A stretch of DNA of 32,942 nt from an uncultured Hyphomicrobiales bacterium (GCA_963922405.1 CAWUJF010000001.1:1-32942); one strand, 5' to 3'. Shown: positions 8,957 through 20,189, numbered from the stretch's first letter. The notes: a model not told the origin generated them from the sequence alone. Numbers and translations are program-made.

Positions 8957-10696
8957 ATGAAAATCCCGTTCAAAAATGAAGCCAAAATCCTGGGCCTTAT
9001 GGGAGCAATTCTCCTGACACCTGTAGTCGGATTTGCAAATGCGGATTTGGACAGTGCAGCAAATACAACGGGATTGTCCGGCAGTTATCTGGCCTCCCGT
9101 GTGGCGATTGACGATAACGATGATCTTGCAGCAGCCTTGTTCCTTGAACGTGCGATCAAGCTTGATCCGGAAAACAAGCGTCTACAACGCGATTTCTTTT
9201 CCGCGCTTGTCGCAAACGGCCGCGTAGAGCAAGCAGCAGAGCTGGCCCGCAAGTTTGAAAATCCTGGAGCATCAGACAGCATTGCCGGTTATGTGCTTGC
9301 AGCTGAAGTGATCCGTGGGCGTGCCTGGAACAAAGTCCCTTCTGCCCTTAAGGATGTGGCAGGCGTGGATCTCGATCGGGTATTGAGAGAGATTACACTT
9401 GCCTGGGGCCAAAGCGGCGAAGGCAAAGCGGACGATGCCATTGCCCGTCTTGATGAGCTGGAAGGCCCTGAATGGATCAATGCCATGAAAAACTACCATG
9501 GTGCGTTGATCGCTGCAGCAGCAGGCAATGATGACCTGGCTGCAGAAAAGTTCCAGTCTGTAATCGATAACAGAGCAATCATCTCTGTGCTGACGGAAAC
9601 CTATATCCGTGCAATTGAAGCCATGGTGCGTAACCGAAACAAGGCTGGAGATCATGAGCGTGCGCGCGAAGTGCTTAATTATGGATTGGACCTTTTGCCT
9701 AGCCATGCCCCATTTGCCAGGCTTGATGCTGCGCTAAGCACAGATGAAGTCCTGAAGCCGCTTGTCTCTTCACCGCAATCTGGTATGGCCGAACTCTTCT
9801 ACAACATCGCCAGTGCTATCCGCCGAGACGGCGCCGGTGATACAGCCAAATCCTATTTGCAGATCGCCAAATTCCTGGCTCCCAAATCAGATGTGATCAC
9901 GCTAGGTCTGGCAGAACTCTATCTGCAACAGCGCAATTACGAGAAATCCAATTCATTCTACAGCGCAATTCCGGAAACTTCACCGTTCTACCGCATAAGC
10001 AAGCTCGAAAAAGCCAGCAATCTGGCCCGCCTTGAGAAGGTGGATGATGCAATTGCAACGCTTAAGGAAATCATTGCTGAAAACCCCAATGATCTGCAGG
10101 GTTATCTGACAATCGGCGGAATCTACAACAGTAATATGCGCTACCGTGAAGCTGCCGACACCTATGACACGGCAGTGGAGATCATCGGTGAACCAAAGAC
10201 CCATCACTGGAACCTGTTTTTCAGAAGGGGCATTGCATATGAACGACTGAAAGAATGGGAAAAAGCGGAACCTAACTTCCAGAAGTCGCTGGAACTCTCT
10301 GCCAATCAGGCTGAAGTTCTGAACTATCTCGGTTATTCCTGGATTGACCAGGGTATCAATCTGGATGAAGGACTGGAAATGATCAAAAAGGCGGTTCGCC
10401 TTCGTCCCCGTTCAGGTTTTATCGTCGACAGTCTTGGATGGGCATACTATCGGTTAGGTCGCTATGAAGAAGCGGTTCAGGAGCTTGAACGCGCTGTTGA
10501 ATTAATGCCACAGGACCCGACTATCAACGATCATCTGGGTGACGCTTATTGGAAAACCGGGCGTAGGCTCGAGGCTACCTTCCAGTGGAAGATTGCACTT
10601 GCCGCCGAGGATGACGCGGAAAACCCCGAAGAGATCAAAAGAAAGTTGAAGGAAGGGCTGGACGTTTCAAAGAAAGCCGAAGCTAAATCGGAGTAA
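8957..10696 (+). CDS. Secreted tetratricopeptide-repeat protein
   Basis: The ATG at 8957 has GAGGA 6 nt upstream and yields a signal peptide (MKIPFKNEAKILGLMGAILLTPVVGFANA). TPR-like repeats are present (YLGYSWIDQG, LGWAYYRLGRYEEA, LGDAYWKTGR). The longer 8864 start is rejected. Confidence 0.8.
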   Translation: MKIPFKNEAKILGLMGAILLTPVVGFANADLDSAANTTGLSGSYLASRVAIDDNDDLAAALFLERAIKLDPENKRLQRDFFSALVANGRVEQAAELARKFENPGASDSIAGYVLAAEVIRGRAWNKVPSALKDVAGVDLDRVLREITLAWGQSGEGKADDAIARLDELEGPEWINAMKNYHGALIAAAAGNDDLAAEKFQSVIDNRAIISVLTETYIRAIEAMVRNRNKAGDHERAREVLNYGLDLLPSHAPFARLDAALSTDEVLKPLVSSPQSGMAELFYNIASAIRRDGAGDTAKSYLQIAKFLAPKSDVITLGLAELYLQQRNYEKSNSFYSAIPETSPFYRISKLEKASNLARLEKVDDAIATLKEIIAENPNDLQGYLTIGGIYNSNMRYREAADTYDTAVEIIGEPKTHHWNLFFRRGIAYERLKEWEKAEPNFQKSLELSANQAEVLNYLGYSWIDQGINLDEGLEMIKKAVRLRPRSGFIVDSLGWAYYRLGRYEEAVQELERAVELMPQDPTINDHLGDAYWKTGRRLEATFQWKIALAAEDDAENPEEIKRKLKEGLDVSKKAEAKSE

Positions 10697-10702
10697 TCCG
10701 GT

Positions 10703-11554
10703 TTGAAAACAATTCAACGAACAGCTCATGCGAAGGTCAATCTTGCGCTTCATGTGGTTGGGCAAAGGGCAGACGGTTATCATTTGCTCGACAGTCTGGT
10801 TGCGTTTACGCAATTTGGTGATGAGATAACAATTACCGGCGACGATGGTTTACCGAGCATACTGTCCATCTCGATTGATGGGCCATTTGCTGAGGGTCTG
10901 GAAGCCGGTGCTAACAACCTCGTCTATCGCGCAGCCATGATGTTGGCCACTACCCTTTCTGATCAGGGACATGAAATAAGCCCGGTCCAAATCCACCTAG
11001 AAAAAAAGCTACCGATTGCAAGCGGTATTGGTGGCGGATCAACTGATGCGGCTGCAACGCTGATTGCCCTGAAAGACCACTGGGCTGCAGGCATGGAAAT
11101 AGACCTCAAGCCATTGGCCGAGCAACTGGGTGCTGATGTGACCATGTGCCTTCATGCCAGAACATTACGAGCAAGAGGGATTGGTAACGATATCGATTTC
11201 CCGCCACTACCGGCGCCCCAATATCTTGTTTTGGTAAATCCTGGAGTTGAAGTATCCACGCCGGATGTCTTCAAAACCCTGACAATCAAGGACAATCCGG
11301 AAATCACATCGCTTGATGATCTTGGCGCGTTACGAAACGATCTTCAGCAGGCCGCAATCGAAATCGAACCGGCAATTGGAGCAGTGCTCGATTGTCTCGC
11401 CGAAACATCACCGCTCTTCAGTCGAATGAGCGGTTCTGGCGCCACCTGTTTTGGCGTGTACGAGACCCAACAGAAGGCTGAAGACGCAGCGCAGCGGATC
11501 GCGAAAGACAATCCCCATTGGTGGTGTGTTGCCAGCCCCACAACAATTTCCTAA
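10703..11554 (+). CDS. ispE: 4-diphosphocytidyl-2-C-methyl-D-erythritol kinase
   Basis: 283 aa, TTG start. AKVNLALHVVG at the N-terminus and the GHMP kinase motif PIASGIGGGSTDAAA. Confidence 0.9.
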   Translation: MKTIQRTAHAKVNLALHVVGQRADGYHLLDSLVAFTQFGDEITITGDDGLPSILSISIDGPFAEGLEAGANNLVYRAAMMLATTLSDQGHEISPVQIHLEKKLPIASGIGGGSTDAAATLIALKDHWAAGMEIDLKPLAEQLGADVTMCLHARTLRARGIGNDIDFPPLPAPQYLVLVNPGVEVSTPDVFKTLTIKDNPEITSLDDLGALRNDLQQAAIEIEPAIGAVLDCLAETSPLFSRMSGSGATCFGVYETQQKAEDAAQRIAKDNPHWWCVASPTTIS

Positions 11555-11574
11555 AGTTTTGGCAAGGAGAACTT

Positions 11575-12120
11575 ATGTCCCGCATAGATGAAACGCGTCC
11601 GTTTATTCCTGTCAGCATTGCTGTTCTGACCGTGTCAGACACACGCAGCCTGGATGAGGATAAATCAGGAAAAACTTTGGCTGACCGGATTGTGGATGCC
11701 GGGCATAAGCTGGTGGACCGTACTATTGTCACCGACGACGTTGCCCTGATCCAGAAGCAGGTGAAAGACTGGATTTCAAACCCTGAGATTGATGTGGTGA
11801 TCACAACCGGAGGAACAGGGTTCACGGGCCGGGACGTGACCCCCGATGCAGTTGAACCACTTTTCGAAAAACGTATGGACGGTTTTTCGGAAGTCTTTCA
11901 CAGAATAAGCTATGACAAGATCGGCACATCAACCATTCAATCAAGGGCTACCGGCGGTGTAGCAGGTGCTACCTTCATTTTCTGTCTCCCGGGTTCTCCC
12001 GGTGCATGCAAGGATGGTTGGGATCAAATACTCGTCCGTCAACTCGATTACAGGCATATGCCGTGTAACTTCGTGGAAATCATGCCGCGCCTTGATGAGC
12101 ATCTGAAGCGCGGTAAATAA
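11575..12120 (+). CDS. moaB: Molybdenum cofactor biosynthesis protein B
   Basis: The ATG at 11575 has AAGGAGA 4 nt upstream. Blocks TVSDTRS, ITTGGTGFTGRD, GTSTIQSRA and LPGSPGAC align closely with E. coli MoaB as I recall it. Confidence 0.9.
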   Translation: MSRIDETRPFIPVSIAVLTVSDTRSLDEDKSGKTLADRIVDAGHKLVDRTIVTDDVALIQKQVKDWISNPEIDVVITTGGTGFTGRDVTPDAVEPLFEKRMDGFSEVFHRISYDKIGTSTIQSRATGGVAGATFIFCLPGSPGACKDGWDQILVRQLDYRHMPCNFVEIMPRLDEHLKRGK

Positions 12121-12154
12121 CAAACAGTTCTTACTCCCGTGAAAGGAAAATAGC

Positions 12155-12400
12155 ATGAGTGACAAACCGGAAATCGCAGGCACTTCTCCTCTACCGGTGG
12201 ATGTGGAAGCTGGTAAATCTTATTTTTGGTGCACATGTGGCAGATCCTCAAAACAACCCTTTTGTGACGGCTCGCATAAGGACACTTCATTCACGCCGAT
12301 GAAGTGGACTGCAGAGGAAGACGGAAAGAAGTTTTTCTGCACCTGTAAGCAAACCGGCAACTCTCCCTTATGCGATGGTAGCCACAACCAGGTTGGCTAG
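12155..12400 (+). CDS. CDGSH iron-sulfur domain protein (two CDGSH motifs)
   Basis: 81 aa with CTCGRSSKQPFCDGSH and CTCKQTGNSPLCDGSH, both fitting C-x-C-x2-S/T-x3-P-x-C-D-G-S-H. Confidence 0.85.
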   Translation: MSDKPEIAGTSPLPVDVEAGKSYFWCTCGRSSKQPFCDGSHKDTSFTPMKWTAEEDGKKFFCTCKQTGNSPLCDGSHNQVG

Positions 12401-12553
12401 GCTGATTAGGGGTGACATCGTCACACCTTCTTGCTATGTGGCAGGTGAAATATCCCAAATTGAAAGCTGTTGATGTGGGTATCATTCTCAGAACCTGTTT
12501 TCGTAAGCAGGTTGCGGGGTTTAATCCTATCGATGGCCATGAAAGTACCTTAG

Positions 12554-14614
12554 ATGCCTGATTTGCTTCTTGAATTATTTTCTGAAGAAATTCCTTCCCG
12601 CATGCAACGCAAAGCAGCAGGTGACCTGCGCTCTGCCGTAACAAATGCATTGGTGGATGCAGGCCTCACATATGAAGGTGCTAAGGAATACTGGACCCCG
12701 CGACGTCTCACGCTGGATGTGCGTGGTATTACCGCTCGCTCTGCCGACATTCGCGAAGAACGTAAGGGTCCACGCACCGATGCGCCCGAAAAGGCGATCG
12801 AAGGATTTATGCGCGGTGCCGGCATCACATCAATCGATCAGGCAGAAGTGCGGTCAGACCCGAAAAAGGGTGATTTTTATGTGGCCGTGATTGAAAAGCC
12901 CGGACGGGATGCAGCAGAAATCATCGCCGAAGTTATGCCCGGGATCGTTCGTAACTTCCCATGGCCGAAATCCATGCGATGGGGTGCATCCTCGGCGGAG
13001 TCCGGCTCGCTGAAATGGGTAAGACCGCTTCAATCGATATTATGTCTATTCGGTCCGGAGACCGAAGACATGGAAGTGGTCCAGTTCGAGGTTGATGGTG
13101 TTCATTCAGGCAATTCCACAAGCGGACACCGTTTCATGAGCCCGGAGAGCTTTGAGGTGAAGCATTTTGATGATTACGCCGCCAAGCTGGAAAAAGCCTA
13201 TGTCATGCTCGATGCAGACATCCGCAAGGAAACCATCCTGACGGAATCGAAAAATCTGGCTTTCGCTCAAGGTCTGGAACTGGTTGATGATCAGGGCCTG
13301 CTGGAAGAGGTCGCCGGACTGGTAGAATGGCCTGTGCCGTTGATGGGTGAGTTCGACAACGATTATCTCGATATCCCGCGTGAAGTGATCCAGTTGACCA
13401 TTCGCGAGAACCAAAAGTGTTTTGTGGTATCTGATCAACAGAGCAACACCCTCACGAACAAGTTCATGCTTGTTTCCAACATTGTGCCTTCAGATGGCGG
13501 TGCGGAAGTGGCCCGCGGCAATGCGAAAGTTGTGAACGCACGACTTTCTGACGCCAAGTTCTTCTGGGAAAGCGATTTGCACCAGATATCTTCGGCCAGC
13601 GGATTTTCCCACTGGCTGGAAAAACTCGATGCCGTCACATTCCATGCCAAGCTCGGTTCACAGGGTGACCGTGTCAAGCGCATCACGGCCCTGGCAGCAG
13701 AACTTGCCACAATTGTGGGTGCTGATGTTGAAAAGGCCAAGGAAGCTGCAACCCTTTGTAAGGCTGATCTCAATTCAGCAATGGTTTACGAGTTCCCGGA
13801 AGTTCAGGGCCTGATGGGGCGTTATTATGCTGAAAAGTCGGGCAAGGATGATTCTGTTGCGGTAGCAATTGAAGAGCATTATTCGCCATTGGGTCCATCC
13901 GATGATGTGCCCAGTGACCCAGTCGCTGTTACGGTCGCGCTGGCGGACAAACTCGATACGCTTACCGGTTTTTGGGCGATTGATGAAAAGCCAACAGGTT
14001 CAAAGGACCCATACGCACTTCGTCGCGCAGCACTCGGTGTGATCCGTTTGCTGTTGGAAAACAACGTACGGTTTGGATTGTCCAGTAAAGCGGATGCTGA
14101 CCTGCTGTCATTCTTCCATGACCGCTTGAAAGTCTATCTGAGAGACAAGGGCATCAGACATGATCTCATCGATGCCGTTCTCACATCCCGCTCTGATGAT
14201 CTCCTGATTGTTACCCGTAAGGCTGAAGCACTTCAAAAACTGATAGACTCCGAGGATGGTCAGAATTTGCTGTCAGGCTATAAGCGCACCGCCAACATTC
14301 TGGCAGCAGAAGAAAAGAAAAATACAGAAGTGGCAGAGCAGGTATCACCTGATCTATTGAGCCTGGAAGCAGAAAAAATGCTCAACGAAGCAATTGATAA
14401 AGCATCCGCCACTGCGCAATCAGCAATCGAGAACGAAGACTTCGAAAGTGCCATGTCTGCCCTTGCGACAATGCGCGCACCCGTTGATCAATTTTTTGAC
14501 GATGTTTTGGTCAATGATGAGGATACAGCCGTTCGCGCCAATCGCCTGGCGCTACTTTCACGTATTCGAAACGCCACCGCAACTGTAGCGGATTTTGGAA
14601 AGATATCAGGATAG
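12554..14614 (+). CDS. glyS: Glycine--tRNA ligase beta subunit
   Basis: 686 aa. The [15 protein letters not shown]-terminus, TPRRL, and the [23 protein letters not shown] block are characteristic of GlyS. Confidence 0.95.
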   Translation: MPDLLLELFSEEIPSRMQRKAAGDLRSAVTNALVDAGLTYEGAKEYWTPRRLTLDVRGITARSADIREERKGPRTDAPEKAIEGFMRGAGITSIDQAEVRSDPKKGDFYVAVIEKPGRDAAEIIAEVMPGIVRNFPWPKSMRWGASSAESGSLKWVRPLQSILCLFGPETEDMEVVQFEVDGVHSGNSTSGHRFMSPESFEVKHFDDYAAKLEKAYVMLDADIRKETILTESKNLAFAQGLELVDDQGLLEEVAGLVEWPVPLMGEFDNDYLDIPREVIQLTIRENQKCFVVSDQQSNTLTNKFMLVSNIVPSDGGAEVARGNAKVVNARLSDAKFFWESDLHQISSASGFSHWLEKLDAVTFHAKLGSQGDRVKRITALAAELATIVGADVEKAKEAATLCKADLNSAMVYEFPEVQGLMGRYYAEKSGKDDSVAVAIEEHYSPLGPSDDVPSDPVAVTVALADKLDTLTGFWAIDEKPTGSKDPYALRRAALGVIRLLLENNVRFGLSSKADADLLSFFHDRLKVYLRDKGIRHDLIDAVLTSRSDDLLIVTRKAEALQKLIDSEDGQNLLSGYKRTANILAAEEKKNTEVAEQVSPDLLSLEAEKMLNEAIDKASATAQSAIENEDFESAMSALATMRAPVDQFFDDVLVNDEDTAVRANRLALLSRIRNATATVADFGKISG

Positions 14615-14622
14615 GAAATTCT

Positions 14623-15108
14623 ATGAAGACTTGGAAACTTTATCTCTCTGGAGAAATTCATACAGACTGGCGTGAGCAGATCCAGCAGGGTTGTAGCAAT
14701 GCGGGATTGCCGGTTACCTTCGCTGCACCGGTCACCCATCACGAAGCGTCTGATGATTGTGGTGTTGCTATACTAGGAGCGGAAGCTGAAAAGTTCTGGC
14801 ATGATCATAAAGGCGCACAGATTAACGCCATTCGCACCAGAACGCTTATTCAGGAAGCGGATGTTGTAATTGTCCGTTTCGGTGAGAAGTACAAACAGTG
14901 GAACGCAGCTTTCGATGCAGGATACGCTTCTGCTCTTGGAAAGCCGATGATCATCATGCATCACCGCGAGCACGCTCATGCCTTGAAAGAGGTTGACGCC
15001 GCGGCCCTTGCAGTTGCTGAAACCGCTGAAGAGATCGTTGAAATCCTGAACTACGTTATTAACGGAGAGTTAAAAGGATATACAGATACCGCTGAAGCTG
15101 CTGAATAA
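14623..15108 (+). CDS. YtoQ family protein (nucleoside deoxyribosyltransferase-like fold)
   Basis: 161 aa. The MKTWKLYLSGEIHTDWREQI N-terminus matches my recollection of YtoQ. The start is 8 nt after the glyS stop. Confidence 0.6.
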   Translation: MKTWKLYLSGEIHTDWREQIQQGCSNAGLPVTFAAPVTHHEASDDCGVAILGAEAEKFWHDHKGAQINAIRTRTLIQEADVVIVRFGEKYKQWNAAFDAGYASALGKPMIIMHHREHAHALKEVDAAALAVAETAEEIVEILNYVINGELKGYTDTAEAAE

Positions 15109-15237
15109 TCCATTAACCATATAGTTCATTAACAAACCTGTGATCGAATTTTCCTGAACACGTTAAGTTCGGAGAAAGTTTCTTGTCTCATTTTAAGCTC
15201 TTGGTTGGGTGTGTAACCAAACATACAGGGGCAAGGT

Positions 15238-16101
15238 ATGACAGGACAGACGCGCACACTCTCTCCGGCAGGCTCTATTTTCCCGGACGAGAATGGCTTA
15301 GACGTTGGAAATTATGGTGATTGCGTATTGCGATCAGCTTATCAGCCAATTTATTCATATGGTGAAGGTCGAAAACTCTTACTCAGCGGGTATGAGGGCT
15401 TGATACGTGTGTACAAGCAGGATGAAGTTATCAGTCCGGAAGAATTTTTCACCACAATTCCAAAAGAAGACAGGTTGTATATTGAGTGCATGTGTTCGGC
15501 ACTGCACATTCGCAATTTCAAGCATATCAAACCTGGCGGTAAGAAACTCTTCATAAACGTCAATGTGGCGAACTACGCTTCTATTGAAGCGCTTGAAACG
15601 GAGATTTACTTCATATTCTCTCAATTGCCGAAGCATGGTCTGAACCGGGATCTGGCAGTCTTCGAGATACTGGAGACTGAAGTAATGCAGAAGGAAATTC
15701 TCACTCGGATTTGTGAGATGTTTCGAGGCAATGGCTTCCGTTTTGCACTGGATGATTTCGGAACTCAATACAGCAATCTGGAGCGCTACATTGAACTGCG
15801 TCCAGATATCATCAAACTGGACCGCTCGCTGTTCAGGACCACAGTCAGAATAAAAGAAGCAGAAAACCTTTTGCGGGCTCTCGTTCACGCAATGCAGGAT
15901 AACGGTTCCACAATATTGATTGAAGGTCTGGAAACCGCAGAGGAAATCGCACTGGCTCAAGACATGAAAGTCGATATGTTTCAGGGTTTTGAACTAGGCC
16001 GGCCAAAACTCTTGCCAGCCAAGTTTGATGAGGTGCTGGAATCCCATCTGCACTCTTCAAAGGATCAGGAAACGGTCGAACTCCGCGTAGTAAACGGATA
16101 G
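15238..16101 (+). CDS. Stand-alone EAL domain protein (putative c-di-GMP phosphodiesterase)
   Basis: 287 aa. Blocks YQPIYSY, GYEGLIR (EGL in place of EAL), NVNV, FEILETE, DDFGTQYSNL, KLDRSL, EGLETAEE and FQGFELGRP. No sensor or GGDEF domain. Confidence 0.85.
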   Translation: MTGQTRTLSPAGSIFPDENGLDVGNYGDCVLRSAYQPIYSYGEGRKLLLSGYEGLIRVYKQDEVISPEEFFTTIPKEDRLYIECMCSALHIRNFKHIKPGGKKLFINVNVANYASIEALETEIYFIFSQLPKHGLNRDLAVFEILETEVMQKEILTRICEMFRGNGFRFALDDFGTQYSNLERYIELRPDIIKLDRSLFRTTVRIKEAENLLRALVHAMQDNGSTILIEGLETAEEIALAQDMKVDMFQGFELGRPKLLPAKFDEVLESHLHSSKDQETVELRVVNG

Positions 16102-16106
16102 CGATT

Positions 16107-17384
16107 TTACTGTTTTTCCCGGGCTACAGCGCGCCATCCTATATCACTTCGACTGAAACCGTTTTCCCACTTTATATTGCTTGCTGCAGCATAGGCTCTT
16201 TGTTGCGCTTCGCTCACGCTTTCACCCAGCGTTGTAACGTTCAAAACGCGCCCGCCAATGGCAACCAATTCGCCCTGGTCGTTTCTTGCCGTTCCTGCAT
16301 GAAAAACAAGGGCACCAGCATTTTCCGCGCCCTCAACATTCTCTATCAATGTATTCTTGTCGTAAGAACCAGGATAGCCCTTCGAAGCAAGAACAACACT
16401 CAGTGCGGCTTGATCAGACCATTGCGCTTCGTGTTCCAGCAATGAACCCTCAGATGCCGCAATCATCAATTCCAACAAATCGGATTGCAGGCGCGGCATC
16501 AAAACCTGGCACTCCGGGTCACCGAACCGCACATTATATTCTATGAGTTCCGGGCCGTTTTTGGTCAGCATCAAGCCGGCATAGAGAATGCCCTTGAACG
16601 GGTGGCCGCGGCTATGCATGCCAGCAAGCGTGGGTACCACTATGTCTGACATGGTTCGATCAATCATCTCCTGGGTCATTACAGGAGCTGGTGAATAAGC
16701 ACCCATACCCCCGGTGTTTAGACCGGTGTCTCCATCCCCAACCCGCTTGTGATCCTGGGCAGTACCAAGCAGCATTGCTGTTTGCCCGTCACACAATGCA
16801 AAGAGGCTCGCCTCTTCACCTTCCAGAAACGCTTCGATGACCACCTCATGCCCCGCTGAACCAAATGATCCGGCAAAACAATCGTCGATCGCCTGTTCCG
16901 CGTCAGTCAGGGTTTCAGCAATTATCACTCCTTTCCCGGCCGCCAGCCCATCCGCTTTGATAACCACCGGCACTTCCATTTCATCAAGAAATGCCTTGGC
17001 CGCTTCCGGATTATCGAACCGCTTATAAGCAGCTGTGGGAATATTGAATTCAGCACAGAGATCTTTCGTAAAACCTTTCGAACCTTCCAGTTGAGCGGCA
17101 TAACCACTGGGTCCGAAAACGCCGATCGAAGCTCTATTCAATTCATCTGCAATCCCTTCAACCAGGGGTGCTTCCGGTCCCACAACTACAAATTCCACAT
17201 TGTTGTCCTGGCAGAAGCCGATCACCGCCTCATGGTCAGAAATATCAAGCGCAACACATTCAGCGTTCTGCGCGATACCTGCATTTCCTGGAGCACAATA
17301 CAGATGAGAACACAGTTTCGATTGAGACAGCTTCCATGCCAGCGCATGTTCACGACCTCCAGAACCAAGCAGCAGAACTTTCAT
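16107..17384 (-). CDS. purD: Phosphoribosylamine--glycine ligase
   Basis: The start is taken at the ATG at 17384 ([19 protein letters not shown]) with AGGAG upstream, giving 425 aa. The 53-codon N-terminal extension of the track ORF is rejected. Confidence 0.95.
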   Translation of the reverse strand: MKVLLLGSGGREHALAWKLSQSKLCSHLYCAPGNAGIAQNAECVALDISDHEAVIGFCQDNNVEFVVVGPEAPLVEGIADELNRASIGVFGPSGYAAQLEGSKGFTKDLCAEFNIPTAAYKRFDNPEAAKAFLDEMEVPVVIKADGLAAGKGVIIAETLTDAEQAIDDCFAGSFGSAGHEVVIEAFLEGEEASLFALCDGQTAMLLGTAQDHKRVGDGDTGLNTGGMGAYSPAPVMTQEMIDRTMSDIVVPTLAGMHSRGHPFKGILYAGLMLTKNGPELIEYNVRFGDPECQVLMPRLQSDLLELMIAASEGSLLEHEAQWSDQAALSVVLASKGYPGSYDKNTLIENVEGAENAGALVFHAGTARNDQGELVAIGGRVLNVTTLGESVSEAQQRAYAAASNIKWENGFSRSDIGWRAVAREKQ

Positions 17385-17496
17385 TAATCTCACTCCTGAA
17401 ATTGTGTCCGGAAAACTTGAGTGTAGGTTTATCACAAGCGCAGATGTGACAATCTGGGTCTTGACGAAATTCCACTTCCCGTCCACAGCTTTCTCA

Positions 17497-18504
17497 ATGA
17501 CCATGACGAATCTGAACGATGATAAAGTTGCTGATGCACTCAAACATTCCTGGGTGTATCACCTGCCGCGTTGGACATGGGGCTATGCGCAGCTTGCCCG
17601 TTGGGAGCGACCCATAGGCTGGCAACTGCTAATGTGGCCCTGCTGGTGGAGCCTGGCACTTGCCTGGGGAAAGACCGCTTACGATGTGGGAAACCCGAAC
17701 GGGGACACAAGCATGTTGGTCACCCCGAACTTCATGCTTGCCTATATGGCTCTCTTCTGGATCGGTGCTTTCGTGATGCGTGGCGCGGGTTGCACTTACA
17801 ATGATCTCGTGGACAAGGACATTGATGACAAGGTGGCAAGAACCCGTTCTCGTCCATTGCCTTCAGGCCGGGTTACCAAAACCGGTGCTCTTGTATTTCT
17901 TTGCCTTCAACTGCTGGCTGGTCTTGTGGTTCTTCTTCAGTTTAACTGGACTGTGATATGGCTGGGTGTGGCTTCCCTTATCACTGTGCTGATCTATCCC
18001 TTCATGAAGCGAGTTACCTGGTGGCCGCAGCTCTTTTTGGGATTGGCCTTTTCCTGGGGAGCCCTGGTTGGCTGGTGGTCGCTGATCGGGCTTGCTGAAG
18101 CAGAAAATCTCTATCTTTGGGCGCCACCAATCCTGTTGTATCTGGGATGCATCGGATGGGTGATCGGCTACGACACAATTTATGCCCATCAGGATATCGA
18201 AGATGATGCCCTGGTCGGCGTTATGTCTACAGCACGTCTATTCGGGGAAAAAACAAAGCCTGCTCTGATCATGTTGTACGGTTGGGCAGTCATTCTGTTT
18301 GCGTGCGCCTTTTATGCTGCAGGCGTGGCTTGGCCAGCGTGGTTAGGACTGGCAATCGCAGTAATGCATATGGCCTGGCAGGTAATCACCGTGGATATTC
18401 ATGATCCGGCCCATTGCCTGAAATTGTTCAAGTCAAACAGCCAGTTCGGGCTGATCCTGTTCATCAGCCTCGTAGCTTCTTCAATGGTGATATTGTTCAG
18501 CTAA
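17497..18504 (+). CDS. ubiA: 4-hydroxybenzoate polyprenyltransferase
   Basis: UbiA motif [23 protein letters not shown] and a multi-TM protein. The start is placed at ATG 17497 (or 17503) to avoid overlap with the purD promoter region. The start is uncertain. Confidence 0.88.
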   Translation: MTMTNLNDDKVADALKHSWVYHLPRWTWGYAQLARWERPIGWQLLMWPCWWSLALAWGKTAYDVGNPNGDTSMLVTPNFMLAYMALFWIGAFVMRGAGCTYNDLVDKDIDDKVARTRSRPLPSGRVTKTGALVFLCLQLLAGLVVLLQFNWTVIWLGVASLITVLIYPFMKRVTWWPQLFLGLAFSWGALVGWWSLIGLAEAENLYLWAPPILLYLGCIGWVIGYDTIYAHQDIEDDALVGVMSTARLFGEKTKPALIMLYGWAVILFACAFYAAGVAWPAWLGLAIAVMHMAWQVITVDIHDPAHCLKLFKSNSQFGLILFISLVASSMVILFS

Positions 18505-18506
18505 CC

Positions 18507-19055
18507 TTAGATACGGGCTATGATATCTGCCGGTGTGAGTTTCTCGACCACGCCAACAACACCCATTTTTCTACGGCGAAGGAAGTTAGGGCGGTGGCGC
18601 ACGGTCGTGATGCGTCTTCTACGCTCTCTCGGAGTTGCCACCATCAGTTCACCCAGCATGTTTTGTACTTCAGTTGGCTGACCGTCGACACCGATAAGCA
18701 GCATCGGAAGTTTCAGTAATCGGCTCCATGAGTGCCAGTCAGCTGCGATGTCTTCCATGTCATTTGCAAGTAGCAGCGGTACACAAAGTGAAGGATCCTT
18801 GTGCAAGAGCTCCAGGGTAACAACCATATTGCCGGCATTGTCTTCTACAGCGCGGGCAGCAATACCCTCATATGCAGCACTTGGAACCGCAAGACGCATT
18901 TCCAGTCCACTTGAAAGTGTTTTGGTGACGATCGCGCCGTTTCTATCCAGTTTGTAAGATTTGTCGCCCACATTAAGAAGGTGTGAAACCTGGTAGGGGT
19001 CAAGCCTGAAGCTTGTGCTAGGGCTTGCCCCATTCTCTTTGGCCAAGTTTGCCAT
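18507..19055 (-). CDS. Conserved hypothetical protein (DUF6101-like)
   Basis: The ATG at 19055 has GAGAGG 5 nt upstream; the track start at 19085 is TTG. The C-terminus is Arg-rich (PRERRRRITTVRHRPNFLRRRK). The DUF assignment is from recollection only. Confidence 0.55.
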   Translation of the reverse strand: MANLAKENGASPSTSFRLDPYQVSHLLNVGDKSYKLDRNGAIVTKTLSSGLEMRLAVPSAAYEGIAARAVEDNAGNMVVTLELLHKDPSLCVPLLLANDMEDIAADWHSWSRLLKLPMLLIGVDGQPTEVQNMLGELMVATPRERRRRITTVRHRPNFLRRRKMGVVGVVEKLTPADIIARI

Positions 19056-19250
19056 ATGTGCCTCTCTGTAACCTTCAGAGCCCAATCGTTTAGTGTCGGA
19101 GCTTCTGAACCGCCGGTTATTATTGTTGTTCTTGTCCGGGTTGAGAGAGACAATACCAAAACCGTTACCAAAAGCGCTTAACAGACAAGGTAAATAAAAG
19201 CTTGATTTCAGCTGTGGTTATTGAAACCTTTCCGCGAGAGAATTTGTTAA

Positions 19251-19655
<405 letters not shown>

Positions 19656-19660
19656 ACAAC

Positions 19661-19692
19661 AAAAAAGGCGTGCCCGGGGACACGCCTTTTAG
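19661..19692. terminator. Bidirectional intrinsic terminator
   Basis: AAAAAAGGCGTG-CCCGGGGA-CACGCCTTTT: a 6-bp GC stem flanked by an A-run and a T-run, between the convergent VOC gene and atpF. Confidence 0.65.
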
Positions 19693-19709
19693 ATTGATAT
19701 ATTCTGAAA

Positions 19710-20189
19710 TCAGTTCAGTTGAGATTTCACGTCAGCAATGCTGTCTTTGATCAGTTTTGTTGCCGCAGCACCTTTCACCTTGTCAGCAATAATACCCTCC
19801 GCTGCGGTGATGGCCAGATCAACAGCTGTGGAACGCACATCAGCAACAGCCTGCGTTTGCGCTTGCTCGATCTTTTGTTCGGCCAGAGCAGTTCTGCGCT
19901 TCACAAACTCTGCAGTTTTGGTAGCTGCATCTTCCGCCAGGCTAGCAGCCTCACGCTTTGCAGCAGCAACAATTTCCTCTGCCTCTTTTTCAGCTTCCTT
20001 ACGCTTGCCCTGAAATTCGGCCAGCAGTGCTTGCGCTTCTTCGCGCAGCTTGCGTGCTTCCTCCAGCTCATCACGAATTTTGTCTGAACGGTCGTCCAGA
20101 TTCTTCGTGATCATCGCCGGTACTTTCAGATAAAGAATGAGGCCCAGGAATAAGACCAGTCCAACGGTGGCCCAAGCTGTAGCGTCCAT
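19710..20189 (-). CDS. atpF: F0F1 ATP synthase subunit b
   Basis: 159 aa with an N-terminal TM helix then a long charged helix (KLREEAQALLAEFQGKRKEAEKEAEEIV). It is the last gene of the F0 operon. Confidence 0.85.
   Translation of the reverse strand: MDATAWATVGLVLFLGLILYLKVPAMITKNLDDRSDKIRDELEEARKLREEAQALLAEFQGKRKEAEKEAEEIVAAAKREAASLAEDAATKTAEFVKRRTALAEQKIEQAQTQAVADVRSTAVDLAITAAEGIIADKVKGAAATKLIKDSIADVKSQLN

Noticed and set aside
12401-12553. Possible T-box or riboswitch leader upstream of glyS
   Set aside because: Only two short, unrelated hairpins are present. There is no T-box consensus or specifier architecture, and T-boxes are not expected in alphaproteobacteria.
15379-15960. 193-aa ORF antisense to the EAL gene
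   Set aside because: It is a shadow ORF. The EAL frame carries all family motifs and this frame carries none.
17385-17543. 53-codon N-terminal extension of purD, and the overlapping 17404 start of ubiA
   Set aside because: PurD homologues begin at [13 protein letters not shown], and an AGGAG precedes that ATG. The extensions would make the two divergent genes overlap by about 140 nt.
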